DNA of 64,000 nt from Candidatus Bathyarchaeota archaeon (GTDB taxonomy: Archaea > Thermoproteota > Bathyarchaeia > 40CM-2-53-6 > RBG-13-38-9). Below the pieces are notes generated by a model that made no database searches, was not told the DNA's origin, and worked only from the letters and a program-made list of their open reading frames with translations. Shown one piece after another: positions 1 through 10,281 of the stretch. The translations under genes and the position numbers were made by a program. The stretch is from assembly GCA_963807605.1 (NCBI GenBank), contig CAWECG010000003.1, positions 672,001 to 736,000 of the forward strand. The letters are read 5' to 3'. Position 1 is the first letter of the stretch; each line of letters begins with the position of its first letter.

Positions 1-308
1 AGAAACAAATACAGATCTTAGCGTTATAGAAACGACCTCAGGATCGCCGCTCAAAATGAGTTGTAACGCTTGGCGAAACGCTTCCACAAGTGTTTCTAAC
101 ATTCATATCACGGAGGACGTGGATACCCGCAGATTCCGATGTAGGTAATATCGTATTTCATTGATTGAATTAAAAAACTAGTGAACGAACAAAAGGCGTC
201 TACGGAGGCATTCAGTTAGGTACGTGCAAGGGGATGAAATAACAAGGCTGCCGGCTTAAGTTCGGACGAGAAAAAGGAGGTGGAATCAAGGTAAGATGTG
301 ATTTCATC

Positions 309-3300
309 TTACCTTGCTGGCATTGCTTTGTGTCTTCTCCATCGCAGTAGGTACATCGACGCTGCTAGGACTGAGACAAGAGCAAGCAGTCCTGTTGTTG
401 GAAACTCGGGTACCGGTACACCTGACTCGTCAAGATAGAAGTCCTGGCCGCCGGCTACACCTCCCCAAGTTGCGACTACTGACCTTGCTGCGGTCTTGTA
501 CCCTGCACCTTGAGTTGTCACGCTGTAGGTGTCTGGCCTAACGTAGGTATAGTAGGTTCCGTCGACGGGACCCCAAGCCTTCACGGTGGTATTGGCGCCT
601 TGAACTGTTGTTGTCTGCCATGATCCTGCGAGGAAGTCCCCCTGCAAGTTACGCGTGTAGACAGTGCCTACGAGTCTGGATAAGAGATCTATTTCGAAGA
701 CCACCGTCGCCTTTCCTTCGCATGTCGGTGTGGCTGTCACTGTCGTAAGCTGGATGTATCTGCCCGGATAGTCGGGATACCAAGCCTCCGCGACGATTGT
801 GTAGGTTCCAGGTGGAATTCCATAGCTTCTATAGTCTCCTGAGAAACGATCTTTAGGAACACCTGGATAGGTAGCGAAGGGAGAGTAATATCCGAACCTC
901 TTCTTGTATAATCCTGGGAATTTATTAGTATACCACGTGGTTACATCCTTGTAGAATAATCCGCCGCCTCCCGTTGTTGACGCCGCAGTGGTGCCTGGAC
1001 CATTTGTGACTAGGTGGTTCTCCGGGGAGGTGAACTCGCCGAAGCCGAAGAGCTGGAAGACCCAGCTCTGGACACCTGTTGGCTGTGCAGGATTAAGGTT
1101 TCCAGACCATGGCCACTGGCTTACAGTGTTGCTAGTGTTTACGGGGACGCCTGTTATGTTCGCCGCGATGAGTGTGCCATTCGAGTTGTATACGTGTATC
1201 CTGAACTGGAAGCTGTAGACATCTTCTGGGAGCGGTGCAGGTATCAGCTCTGTCTTAAAGTCCAAAACGACATCGATCTCACTGCCGGTCAAGAGGTATA
1301 GGGGAATGTCACCTGTAGAGGAGCCCACCACCGCCGAAACATAAGGTATCTGTTCCTGAATGTAGCCGACAGTGTAAGCTTGCAGACTATAGGTACCCGT
1401 GAAAAGACCTGTTGGACGATACTGATTCCTTAGATAGTCCTCGAAAGTAACCTTCCAACCGACCAGATTCGCGACTGTTATCTTGTTCTGTCCGGCTATC
1501 TGATTAATCTGATCATAATAGCTGCCTGCAACCCATGCGTTATTGCCGTCGTAGACATAAACTCTCAATGGTGAGGGTGGATGCAGCCAGTTTACCGGCT
1601 GTGATGGATCCTCGCAGTCACGTGAATAGACTGTTGTTGTTATGTTGGCTCCTTTGATCAGATCGAAGCTTAATGAGCCGTTGCTACAGGACTGGACTGT
1701 TGCAGACGGAAACTCCTCCTGAACGTATCCTATATAATAGGCCCTTATATCGTATGTCCCGTCAGGCATACCGTATCCAGCCTGCTTTCGACTCAGTGGC
1801 TCAGGGCCGGCGAAGCCACTCAGCTGAAGACTCATTGCGGGCGCCTTGGCTATGCCTCTCCCTCCGACATCTGTAAAGTTCCATGCTCGGACTATGTTGG
1901 ATGTATCCACAGCCTCCACAATTAGTACTGAGTTTATTGTTGGCGCTACCGGAGCCGCCGGCAATTCTTGGTTGAGGAAGTGAACCGTCGCATTGAGTGT
2001 GCCGCCTTTGAAGAGATCCATCTGTTCGGAGACTGAGCCGGGAAACTCTACTGCTGGAAAGACTACTTGCAGAGTCGATGTTTGCCAGTAACCGAAGACC
2101 CAGACCTTAGCGTAGTAAGTTGAAGGAGCCAGGCCGCATGTGAAGTGAGCGTTAGCGTCTGGAACGTGACCATCCCATTGGGTCTGGATTCCAGAATAAC
2201 CCGTAGGATTTCCCAAACAGGTGGTAAAGTTTCTCGGATTTGTGGCTATGTTGAAGTAGTCGTTCCTCCAACCTAGCAATGTATTGTTTACATCGTCAAC
2301 TTCAACCCTGTAGTATGCATAGGGCCATCCCTGAAGCGGCTGCGGGTTAGGCGGGTAGAGGGTTGCAAGCCTGCTTCCAACCTCTCCCAGACCGTTAGGT
2401 CCTGGGACCGCTCTTCTCCCAAATGTAGTGTAGTCAGGCCAATCGACAGGCCCTGTTGGACACTTTGAATAAATTGTCAGACAGAGACCTGCATCTGGAA
2501 GAATGTAAATGTCGACTCCATGCACTGATTGGCCTGTATTCACAGTTACCTGGGCAGGCATAATTGTAGGGACGAATCCTGCAGCGCATGCTGTGAGCGT
2601 GTAGATGCCTGGTGCCAGACCCTCAATCTCATAGTAGCCATCAGCGGTAGCGTTGAAGTAGCCGACTCCGCAGACAGATCTTCCGGTTGGCTGGCCAGTT
2701 ACTGGGTCATTAGCTGTCCCATTGGCGATGACCTTACCTGGGCTTTGGATCCCTGCACCGTAGTAGGATCCATAGTAGTATGAGGAATGACCTGCGTACC
2801 TTAATGTGCCCGATATGTAGCCTGGGTCAACCTCTCCCTTGACAACCAGTACTGGATAGTTCTCAGGGGGGAAGGACTCGTACTGCTCGTATAAGCCGAA
2901 GAGTAATTGCTTTGTGTAAAAGACTTTGAAGAAGTATTTCCCAGCACATGTTGGTGCCTTGAAGTCGTAAGCTATTATCTCGTACATGCCATAGCGCCAG
3001 TCCGGCCTCTTGTACGGCTGCCTATCCTGGAACGGATCCTGCCCTGCTGGGTAGAGATAATTTGATGATTTCTTAGTGATTGGGTCGGTTACGTTTGGTG
3101 CTGTGATGGCTATGTACCACCAGCCAGGGGCAAAAGGATGATCGGCGGTGAATTTTCCAACTTTGATAAAAGCGTAATCGCTCGTTATACTTGTTACTAC
3201 CCGCCACTTTGAAGTAGTGTTCGCTACTGGCGTGAACTCTGGAGGAATCGCGATGTAGAGATATTTGCTTCTGCCGTTATATCTCTCGAAACTGATATCC

Positions 3301-3686
3301 AAGCCAGGCTGTTTAATATTGGAGGCGTTGGCAGGGCTGGAAATGTTGATGTAAAAGCAGAGGGGGCCAGTCGACCCGGTCACTACCGATCCGTTTGGGG
3401 AATAGTATTGATATTGGGCAGAGATTGGCTGGTATAATAGTCCTGGACTCACATATGCGAGATGCCCTGCCTCGAAGCCCTGAGCCACAGCGTAAGAATT
3501 GTTAGCATGCTGATCAGGCATAGTATTTGTTGGATTCCCCATAGGCGCCTCAGGACCACTCACTCCTTGATGCCCTAATGTGAAATGTGCCGAGACGTTC
3601 TCCACACCCACAAGAGTTGATATGACTAGCCCAAGTAGGACCAATGCTCCCAGCATCTTAGTTGTCAGCTTGAAACGCGCTACCAT
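309..3686 (-). CDS. Large secreted cell-surface (S-layer-like) protein with beta-sandwich/carboxypeptidase-regulatory-like repeats and a C-terminal PEF-CTERM sorting signal
   Basis: Signal peptide (KLTTKMLGALVLLGLVISTLVGVENVSA), repeated GxYxL/I motifs, many N-x-S/T sequons, C-terminus VPVPEFP + TM helix + RWRRHK. Start placed at ATG 3686; the ORF track extends to 3731. Confidence 0.8.
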   Translation of the reverse strand: MVARFKLTTKMLGALVLLGLVISTLVGVENVSAHFTLGHQGVSGPEAPMGNPTNTMPDQHANNSYAVAQGFEAGHLAYVSPGLLYQPISAQYQYYSPNGSVVTGSTGPLCFYINISSPANASNIKQPGLDISFERYNGRSKYLYIAIPPEFTPVANTTSKWRVVTSITSDYAFIKVGKFTADHPFAPGWWYIAITAPNVTDPITKKSSNYLYPAGQDPFQDRQPYKRPDWRYGMYEIIAYDFKAPTCAGKYFFKVFYTKQLLFGLYEQYESFPPENYPVLVVKGEVDPGYISGTLRYAGHSSYYYGSYYGAGIQSPGKVIANGTANDPVTGQPTGRSVCGVGYFNATADGYYEIEGLAPGIYTLTACAAGFVPTIMPAQVTVNTGQSVHGVDIYILPDAGLCLTIYSKCPTGPVDWPDYTTFGRRAVPGPNGLGEVGSRLATLYPPNPQPLQGWPYAYYRVEVDDVNNTLLGWRNDYFNIATNPRNFTTCLGNPTGYSGIQTQWDGHVPDANAHFTCGLAPSTYYAKVWVFGYWQTSTLQVVFPAVEFPGSVSEQMDLFKGGTLNATVHFLNQELPAAPVAPTINSVLIVEAVDTSNIVRAWNFTDVGGRGIAKAPAMSLQLSGFAGPEPLSRKQAGYGMPDGTYDIRAYYIGYVQEEFPSATVQSCSNGSLSFDLIKGANITTTVYSRDCEDPSQPVNWLHPPSPLRVYVYDGNNAWVAGSYYDQINQIAGQNKITVANLVGWKVTFEDYLRNQYRPTGLFTGTYSLQAYTVGYIQEQIPYVSAVVGSSTGDIPLYLLTGSEIDVVLDFKTELIPAPLPEDVYSFQFRIHVYNSNGTLIAANITGVPVNTSNTVSQWPWSGNLNPAQPTGVQSWVFQLFGFGEFTSPENHLVTNGPGTTAASTTGGGGLFYKDVTTWYTNKFPGLYKKRFGYYSPFATYPGVPKDRFSGDYRSYGIPPGTYTIVAEAWYPDYPGRYIQLTTVTATPTCEGKATVVFEIDLLSRLVGTVYTRNLQGDFLAGSWQTTTVQGANTTVKAWGPVDGTYYTYVRPDTYSVTTQGAGYKTAARSVVATWGGVAGGQDFYLDESGVPVPEFPTTGLLALVSVLAASMYLLRWRRHKAMPAR

Positions 3687-3855
3687 GTTTCTCTTCACAT
3701 CGCATTTACTCAAGGTACTGGCCACTATCATGCAAGTACGTGATATTTAAGCGCTTACCATAGCTGCTTAAGTAAGCGTGACTGTTTACAAAACAAGCGG
3801 GTGCAGACGTGATTTTTCTCTTTGTCATAAATTCCTTTGCCATATTTCACACATC

Positions 3856-5673
3856 CTAATGAGGTGGGCCAAAACCGTAATCTGCCAGCAACTTTTGGCC
3901 TTCGTCTGAAAGCCAGAAAGCCATGTATTTGACGGCCAAATCTTTGTTGCCGGTTTTTTTCATCACAGCTATACCATAGGTGGTCTTTGTGTTCACTTCT
4001 GAGGGGATCTGAACGTAGCTTAGGTTGGATCCTTGAGATTTTACATCTGTCGTGTAAGCAAAACCCGCGTCGCACAATCCCGTCAGGACTTTGCTCACTA
4101 CATTTGAAACCGCAGGCTCATAAGAGACGATGTTAAGAATGACCTTATCTCTATAATGTTCCCATTGGGGACCTTTGTAGTTTGGATCAGATCTGTTTCC
4201 CCAAGTACTCTGGATTTTTGCAAGTGTCGTATCCGTTGCTTTTCCTACGGGAACACTCAACTTCGCGACAGTGATCCTAGTATTTGGTAGAGTCAACTCG
4301 TCAAGAGAGGTTATGTTCTTTGGATTGTTCGCTGGTAGGATCACTATAAGATTATTCGTTGTGAAGTTCTTGTAATCGTTGTTGAGTAGAAGCTTGGACG
4401 TCTTCAGCATGTTAGTCCATTTGAAGTCGGCGGACAAATAGACGTCCGCTGTTGAGCCTAAGAAAGCTATTTGTTGATAAAGACTGTCGGATCCACCAGT
4501 GGTAAAATTCAACTTGACATTATTCTCTTTTTCGAATGTTGCCTGGTATTTCTTTACAGCTTTGGCCAGGCTTGATGCGACAAATACCCGCAATTTTGTG
4601 GGGGTGCTAGATGGTTGTTGAAGCGCGGCCGCTGGGAGATTGGGAGTTATTTCTGGCGAGTAGAGATCGCCTTCTTGGTATCGATATTGGCTGGGGCATT
4701 CTGTACCGTTGAAATAGGCGTATTGTGCAATCCATTGGATAAGCGTAGTGTTGCTTCCCTTTTTGAGCAGGTTGATATACGATCCGAAGAGAGGCTGTCC
4801 ATATTGTTGTCGTCCATAGTCATCAAATAATGCCTGACCCTTATCTGATACGACGAAGTTAATGAACATCATTGAGGCATTGAAGTTTGACTTTGCAACC
4901 TCGGATTTTCTAGGGTTGTTGGCGATTACACTATAAACGTTGAGAGTACTTTTTCCAGGTGGGACCAAGATTACAAGGTCAATATTCTTCTTGTTGTAGT
5001 TCGTTAAGTAGCTTCCGAGGTCTGTTAATGTGTAACCTCGTTTCTGATCCGCCAATGTTAGGGTAGCCGTCATCCCGGCTCCCGCTGATAGATACCAGTC
5101 ACTTTTGCCAAGGATTGTGGCGTTGAATCCGGCAGCTTTCCAAATGCTTTTCTCTTTTGAATTGGTTCCGGAGTTGTCTCCTCGAGAGACCCATAGAGCA
5201 TTTTTCTTCTCTCCAGCTTCTTTGATCCTCTTGAAGGCGTCTATAGGCGATAGGCCTTTCACTCCAGCGGGGTCTTCTTTGGGTCCAACTATCACGAAGA
5301 AGTTGTAACCTATGACTTTGCGGTTCACTCCAAAACCGCCTTGTAGAAACTTGAGTTCAGACGCAGGGTCATGAACAAATATCATGTCGGCGTCGCCCCT
5401 CATAGCAGTCTGTATTGCCAGACCAGTCCCTTGGGAAAGGAAGGACACATTGATCGATGGGTTTTCCTTCTCAAAAGCAGACTTCAACACATCTAGGAAG
5501 CCGGTCTCGTACAGGCTAGTTGTCGACGAAACGATAAGATGTTGCTTGGGTGTTGCGACCTGCATAGTCAGATAGGCGTAAGCGCCTATTCCAAGAACTA
5601 TGACCAATATGATAGCGGCAACAAGAAGCTTAGTTCTCCTACGTGTGCCTTTCTCAACTTTTTTGTCTGACAT
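3856..5673 (-). CDS. TupA-ModA fusion: tungstate-binding domain plus molybdate-binding domain, membrane anchored
   Basis: N-terminal TM anchor. First domain has TupA motifs SSTTSLYETG, GTGLA, SRGDNSGT. After a P/A/Q/S/T linker, a ModA domain has VASSL, GGSDSLYQQI, VPVG, DAGFAYTTD. Start at ATG 5673. Confidence 0.85.
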   Translation of the reverse strand: MSDKKVEKGTRRRTKLLVAAIILVIVLGIGAYAYLTMQVATPKQHLIVSSTTSLYETGFLDVLKSAFEKENPSINVSFLSQGTGLAIQTAMRGDADMIFVHDPASELKFLQGGFGVNRKVIGYNFFVIVGPKEDPAGVKGLSPIDAFKRIKEAGEKKNALWVSRGDNSGTNSKEKSIWKAAGFNATILGKSDWYLSAGAGMTATLTLADQKRGYTLTDLGSYLTNYNKKNIDLVILVPPGKSTLNVYSVIANNPRKSEVAKSNFNASMMFINFVVSDKGQALFDDYGRQQYGQPLFGSYINLLKKGSNTTLIQWIAQYAYFNGTECPSQYRYQEGDLYSPEITPNLPAAALQQPSSTPTKLRVFVASSLAKAVKKYQATFEKENNVKLNFTTGGSDSLYQQIAFLGSTADVYLSADFKWTNMLKTSKLLLNNDYKNFTTNNLIVILPANNPKNITSLDELTLPNTRITVAKLSVPVGKATDTTLAKIQSTWGNRSDPNYKGPQWEHYRDKVILNIVSYEPAVSNVVSKVLTGLCDAGFAYTTDVKSQGSNLSYVQIPSEVNTKTTYGIAVMKKTGNKDLAVKYMAFWLSDEGQKLLADYGFGPPH

Positions 5674-5681
5674 TATCCCAC

Positions 5682-5695
5682 CGTTATGTATAACG
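5682..5695. promoter_or_regulatory. Candidate ModE operator, CGTTAT-GT-ATAACG
   Basis: Inverted repeat between the divergent tupA-modA and modE genes. The half-site resembles the CGNTAT of known ModE boxes. Confidence 0.45.
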
Positions 5696-5722
5696 AAACA
5701 GGTCGCTTCATTGTCAATGCGA

Positions 5723-5738
5723 TATACTTTTAAAAATA
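5723..5738. promoter_or_regulatory. Bidirectional TATA element
   Basis: TATACTTTTAAAAATA between the divergent starts at 5673 and 5766. Confidence 0.45.
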
Positions 5739-5765
5739 CCGGTGAAGATCTGACCCTTGAGATCA

Positions 5766-6119
5766 ATGCGACTGTTAAGACAGAGGCTCCACCCGTCCTA
5801 CAAGATTTGGCTGACGTCGAGAGGGGGATATGTTATCGGTAAAGGTGGCGCTTCGCTCTTCAAAGGCATTGAGAAATACGGCTCGATCTCAAAGGCAGCC
5901 GAGGAATTGGGGTGGTCATACAAGTATGCATGGGATCAGCTGAGGGAAATGGAGAGTAAGTTGGGGGCTCCGGTAGTTGTTAGAAAACGGGGTGGAGCAA
6001 CCGGGGGAGGAGCAAAGTTGACAGAATTAGCCAAATCCTTACTGGGGAAATATGAAGAGATCGAAAGAAGTGTGAAGAGAACTATACGCGCACGCTCCCA
6101 GGAGCTGGCGTTACGTTAA
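5766..6119 (+). CDS. modE: ModE-type winged-helix regulator (DNA-binding domain only)
   Basis: KIWL...GSISKAAEELGWSYKYAW...RGGATGGGAKLT is the ModE N-terminal signature; located next to Mo/W transport genes. Confidence 0.88.
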   Translation: MRLLRQRLHPSYKIWLTSRGGYVIGKGGASLFKGIEKYGSISKAAEELGWSYKYAWDQLREMESKLGAPVVVRKRGGATGGGAKLTELAKSLLGKYEEIERSVKRTIRARSQELALR

Positions 6120-6323
6120 TAATGCCCTATAGACCGGGGAGCGAGATTCGCACAGTGATTTACTGATATACCACTCCGGAAAGCCAAGGCTGTCAAATTA
6201 AAGGACGCCATTCCTAATATTGGCAGACATATATTCTAGCGCGCGCTAAATACTCTGTATCTGAACACACTCTTGCCTAGGTCTTTGCGAATTTTCTGAG
6301 CCTGACAGCTCAGCTCCAGTTAT

Positions 6324-7427
6324 CTATACTGGAGAAATGCTCATGGAATCTGCCTTGAACTGGACGTAAATCTTCTTTCCTTCAGTAAAATCAAAATCTT
6401 CTAGGGAACTCAAGGTCAGCTCAGAACTTATTGGAAAACCTACATCCACCAACACCTTCGCATTGGACTTCATTCGAACTATCTCGACAATTGTCCCTGC
6501 AAGGTTATTACAGGTGCATCCAAACCACTTGTGATTATTAATAGTGGGTTCACATGACAGAATGACATCTTCAGGCTTGATAGTGACCAAGATGTTTTCC
6601 CCACTCACATTTCCAATCGAACCTGCCAAGAGTTCTGTCCCTTTTATCTCAATCTTACCAGGACTCATTGAATCATGAACGACTCTTCCATCGTAGACGT
6701 TTAGTCCAAGAAACTCTGCTACGTATCTCGAATTTGGCTTCTTCAAGACTTCGTTGCGGTGACCGATCTGTTCTATGCGCCCATTTCCCATTATTGCTAT
6801 TCTATTAGATAGGGTGTAGGCCTCAGCCAAGTCATGGGTTACGTAGATAGATGTTATCTCAAGATTTCTCAGGAGATTCTTAATCTCGGTTCTCAGGTTT
6901 TCTCTGATTTGTGGGTCGAGTGCAGCTAATGGCTCATCCAAGAGCAAGATTTCTGGATTTGTAGCAATGGACCTAGCTAGGGCTACACGCTGCTGCTGTC
7001 CCCCACTGAGTTCGTGTGGATAAGATTCAGCATGACTGCGGAGTCTCACAAATTCCAGAAGCGAATGAGTCTGTTGCTTAATTTCACGCTTGGGCAGGTT
7101 CATTGCTTTCAGGCCGTAAGCTACGTTGTCACGGGCCCTCATATGTGGGAAGAGGGCGTAGTTCTGGAAGACGTATCCTATCTTCCGCTTGGATGGCTTT
7201 ACGTGAATTCTGCGTCTTCCCAACCTTCCATCAACGAGAGTGTTGTTGATAGAGACTTCTCCTTCGTCAGGTCGGCAGAGGCCAGCGATTATATTGAGCA
7301 TTGTTGTTTTGCCGCATCCACTAGGTCCGACCACTGCCAGAAGCTCGTTCTCTCCCACATTCAGCGTGATCCCTTTCAGAACCTCTCTCTTCCCAAATCG
7401 CTTCTTGACTTCATTGAGTTTAATCAT
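6324..7427 (-). CDS. modC: Molybdate/tungstate ABC transporter ATPase with C-terminal TOBE domain
   Basis: Walker A GPSGCGKT, LSGGQQQR, LLLDEP, VTHD. ATG at 7427 overlaps the upstream stop. Confidence 0.85.
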   Translation of the reverse strand: MIKLNEVKKRFGKREVLKGITLNVGENELLAVVGPSGCGKTTMLNIIAGLCRPDEGEVSINNTLVDGRLGRRRIHVKPSKRKIGYVFQNYALFPHMRARDNVAYGLKAMNLPKREIKQQTHSLLEFVRLRSHAESYPHELSGGQQQRVALARSIATNPEILLLDEPLAALDPQIRENLRTEIKNLLRNLEITSIYVTHDLAEAYTLSNRIAIMGNGRIEQIGHRNEVLKKPNSRYVAEFLGLNVYDGRVVHDSMSPGKIEIKGTELLAGSIGNVSGENILVTIKPEDVILSCEPTINNHKWFGCTCNNLAGTIVEIVRMKSNAKVLVDVGFPISSELTLSSLEDFDFTEGKKIYVQFKADSMSISPV

Positions 7428-7582
7428 TGACTTGCACCAAGTCTTCTTCGCTCCACGAGTCTGATGGCTGCGGAAAGAGAGCATGAAATAACAATCAGAA
7501 TTGCAGGCAGCGAATCTGGTGCCAGAGGATCCTTAGTTATCAGCATGAGGCTCATCCGTCGTTTAAAGGGAGCGCTCTTCAA
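7424..7582 (-). pseudogene. Collapsed ModB permease remnant (internal deletion)
   Basis: 52-codon frame in the modB position between modA and modC. It ends AILIVISCSLSAAIRLVERRR like a permease last helix, and its stop is coupled (ATGA) to modC. Confidence 0.5.
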
Positions 7583-7595
7583 GAGCTTCTCGATT

Positions 7596-8459
7596 TCAAG
7601 GAGCCTCAACTGTGACGAATCCCCATTTCTGGATAATCTGCATGCCTTCTTCGGATAATACATAAGCAACGAAAGCTTGTGCAATACGAAGTTGCGGTGA
7701 ATTAGTGAGCACAGCTATCTGATAAGAGGCTTCGACATTGAATTCAGGTGGGATTGATAGCCCGTACAATCCAACCCCTTTGACGGCTACATCCGACAAA
7801 TATACAAACCCTGCATCGGCCAAGCCGTTCATAACCTTGCTTACGACTTGTTGAGCATCAGGCTCGTAAGCAACCACATTCTTCAAGATCTTCGATTTGT
7901 ATTTCTCTATTGCCGGTTTCTGGTAGTATTTGCTGTTATGGTCTCCCCAGCTACTCTCTATCTTCGATAGAACCTGGTCTGTATAGTTTCCAAGCGGTGT
8001 TTTGAAATCGGCCACGACAATCCTTACGCCTTTCTTCACAAGATCCTCAAGACCATACAGCTTTGCGGGATTATCCGCTGGCGTGGCAATAGCAAGTGAA
8101 TTGTAGGCAAATGTTCTTGATGTATTCTGGAAGGTCAGACCTTTGCTCCTAATCAGATCCATCTCGCTGACGCTAGCAGAAGCAAAGATGTCGCAGACTT
8201 GACCTCCAATTATCTGTTCCCTCAGGCTATTGGAGCTCGCCAGATTCAATACGATTTCAACATTGTTCTGACTCTCAAAATTCTGTTTAAATTCTCCAAA
8301 TACGTTAGTTAACGAAGATGCTGCATAGACTCTCAGCTGAACTCTAGTGGTTTGCATATAGTAGGCGTAGCCTGCTACAAGGCTGGCCGCCACCACAGCG
8401 ATCATAATCACTGCCAAGAGCAGCTTCCTAGGTCTATTCAGCGACGTCACGACCTGCAC
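7596..8459 (-). CDS. modA: Molybdate ABC transporter substrate-binding protein
   Basis: YAASSL, ASSNSLREQI, DIFASA, PLGNY, DAGFVYLSD; N-terminal TM anchor. Confidence 0.9.
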   Translation of the reverse strand: MQVVTSLNRPRKLLLAVIMIAVVAASLVAGYAYYMQTTRVQLRVYAASSLTNVFGEFKQNFESQNNVEIVLNLASSNSLREQIIGGQVCDIFASASVSEMDLIRSKGLTFQNTSRTFAYNSLAIATPADNPAKLYGLEDLVKKGVRIVVADFKTPLGNYTDQVLSKIESSWGDHNSKYYQKPAIEKYKSKILKNVVAYEPDAQQVVSKVMNGLADAGFVYLSDVAVKGVGLYGLSIPPEFNVEASYQIAVLTNSPQLRIAQAFVAYVLSEEGMQIIQKWGFVTVEAP

Positions 8460-8708
8460 CTCAAATGAGCAGTATTACATGTGCATTATCAACATTTCGC
8501 GCGCGTAACATTTCAAATTAAAAAATGTTCCTAGGACCCTCAGGGCCATTGTCACCTCGATATCCCAAGTTCAAGTGCATCGAGACTTGCACACGAGTAA
8601 GGGGTTACAATACCGGGCCGGAGAGACTAGCCTTCCCGCAATCTTCATATGCACACGCATATTTTGGTTTGAAGATGAAATCCTGCCAGCATACTTCACT
8701 CAGTATAA

Positions 8709-9686
8709 TTACTTGACACCGAAACCATAATCTGCCAGCATTTTTTGGCCTTCGTCTGAAAGCCAGAAGTTCACATACTTAATGGCCAGATCGCGGTTAG
8801 AGGTGCCTTTTATCACAGCGATTCCGTATGTACCTATCGTGTTTACCGATGAGGGTATCTCGACGTATTGCAGTTTGGATCCCTCGAATTTCACGTCTGT
8901 AACGTATGCGAAGCCTGCATCACATACGCCCAGTTCGACCTTGGTGACTACGTATTCAACTGTGGGTTCGTAGGACACTATGTTGTTTATGATTTTGTCT
9001 CTATAATGCTCCCATTGGGGGCCTTTGTAGTTTGGATCAGATCTGTTTCCCCAGGTATTCTGGATCTTTGTTAGCGTTGAATACGTGTATTTACCCACTG
9101 GAACAGTCCAACCTGCCACAACGATGTGGATATTAGGTTGAGTCAGATCCAAGAGAGAAGTGATGTTTTTTGGATTGTCAGCTGGAAGTATGAGTATCAG
9201 CTTGTTGGTTGTGAAATTCCAATACTGATTATTATCAAGAAGCCCATTTTGTTGCAACATCTTGGTCCATTTGAAGTCAGCGGCAATGAAAACGTCGCAT
9301 GGTGAACCGGCGTATATCTGTGCATAGAGGACATCAGATCCGCCGAAATTGCACAAGAGCTTAACATTGTTTTTTGTTTTAAAGCTGTCATTAGCATTTA
9401 CAATATTGGTTAAGCTGGCCGCGACGAAGCATCGCAGTTCTGTGGACGTTTGGTTTCCAGGATGTGTTTGGTTTACAGGCTGTGTTTGGTTTACAGATGG
9501 TATTGTCAGAGCAGCGATGGGGGATGGTGTGATAGGTGCGGACGTTGCTCCAAGTCTCGACATGTAGGTTGCGGATCCTGCAGCCGCCGCAACGATGATT
9601 ATGGCCAACAGGATTAGAGTTATGTTACGCTTGCGCTGTGATGTTTTCCCACCATTCGTTTTTTGCTTATCTTCTGTCACGGTCAC
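8709..9686 (-). CDS. modA: Molybdate ABC transporter substrate-binding protein (second copy)
   Basis: VAASL, GGSDVLYAQI, VPVGKY, DAGFAYVTD; close paralog of the ModA half of 3856-5673. Confidence 0.9.
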   Translation of the reverse strand: MTVTEDKQKTNGGKTSQRKRNITLILLAIIIVAAAAGSATYMSRLGATSAPITPSPIAALTIPSVNQTQPVNQTHPGNQTSTELRCFVAASLTNIVNANDSFKTKNNVKLLCNFGGSDVLYAQIYAGSPCDVFIAADFKWTKMLQQNGLLDNNQYWNFTTNKLILILPADNPKNITSLLDLTQPNIHIVVAGWTVPVGKYTYSTLTKIQNTWGNRSDPNYKGPQWEHYRDKIINNIVSYEPTVEYVVTKVELGVCDAGFAYVTDVKFEGSKLQYVEIPSSVNTIGTYGIAVIKGTSNRDLAIKYVNFWLSDEGQKMLADYGFGVK

Positions 9687-9945
9687 TTCACCTTTCTGCT
9701 AACGCGCATCTCCTCGAAGTGTTAGTTCTCTAGTGTTAGAGTCTATTCATATATAATGTTTACCTCCAACATATCTGTAAGCTAAACCGCTTACGCAAAC
9801 CGACCAAATGTTTGCAAATTCACAATTCATGAGCGCGCGTAATTCAAAAAGCGCGCGGACCTGTAAGTAGATTAGGTTACATTAGCGTCTTGGGTAAGCA
9901 TTATATGTGGCAACTATGAGACATCACACAAGGAGAAGTGAAGGA

Positions 9946-10134
9946 ATGAAGGCTTCGCGGCTGAGCAAGAGGAAGAAACTTGAAGGAGAAGTGCTTGACT
10001 CGCACACGACATCTTTCACTTCAATGAGATCGTCAATTGAGTCTACAATACAAAAGTTCATTCCCTCGTTCCGTTACAGAGTCGAAGTGGTGAAGATGAA
10101 ACGCAAAATCGCTGTTGTGGTGACTAAGGCCTGA
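9946..10134 (+). CDS. Small basic hypothetical protein (62 aa)
   Basis: TTATAT box near 9901, purine-rich leader, ATG 9946; the stop is followed directly by a CG boundary motif. Confidence 0.4.
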   Translation: MKASRLSKRKKLEGEVLDSHTTSFTSMRSSIESTIQKFIPSFRYRVEVVKMKRKIAVVVTKA

Positions 10135-10179
10135 TAGCGCACGCGTTTGGGAACACATCATAATGAAATGGTTCGCGCG

Positions 10180-10281
10180 CGTTCGAATCCCTATCAACCC
10201 TGAAACCCCAGTCCTAGATATTCCGAAGATAATCCTCAAGAAGGCTGACAATGCCAACTTGAGAATCAGAATGGACTTCAT
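10180..10281 (-). pseudogene. N-terminal fragment resembling a TauE/SafE exporter
   Basis: MKSILILKLALSAFLRIIFGISRTGVSGLIGI resembles the TauE G(I/L)SKTG(V/L)xG first helix; bracketed by CG motifs at 10172 and 10289. Confidence 0.35.

Noticed and set aside
5674-5766. N-terminal extension of the TupA-ModA ORF
   Set aside because: It spans the shared promoter and overlaps the modE start; ATG 5673 gives a normal anchor.
9450-9495. Short tandem repeat in modA (NQT units)
   Set aside because: An ordinary glycosylated linker repeat within the coding sequence.
10181-10192. GTTCGAATCCC as part of a tRNA
   Set aside because: No acceptor stem or D-arm around it.
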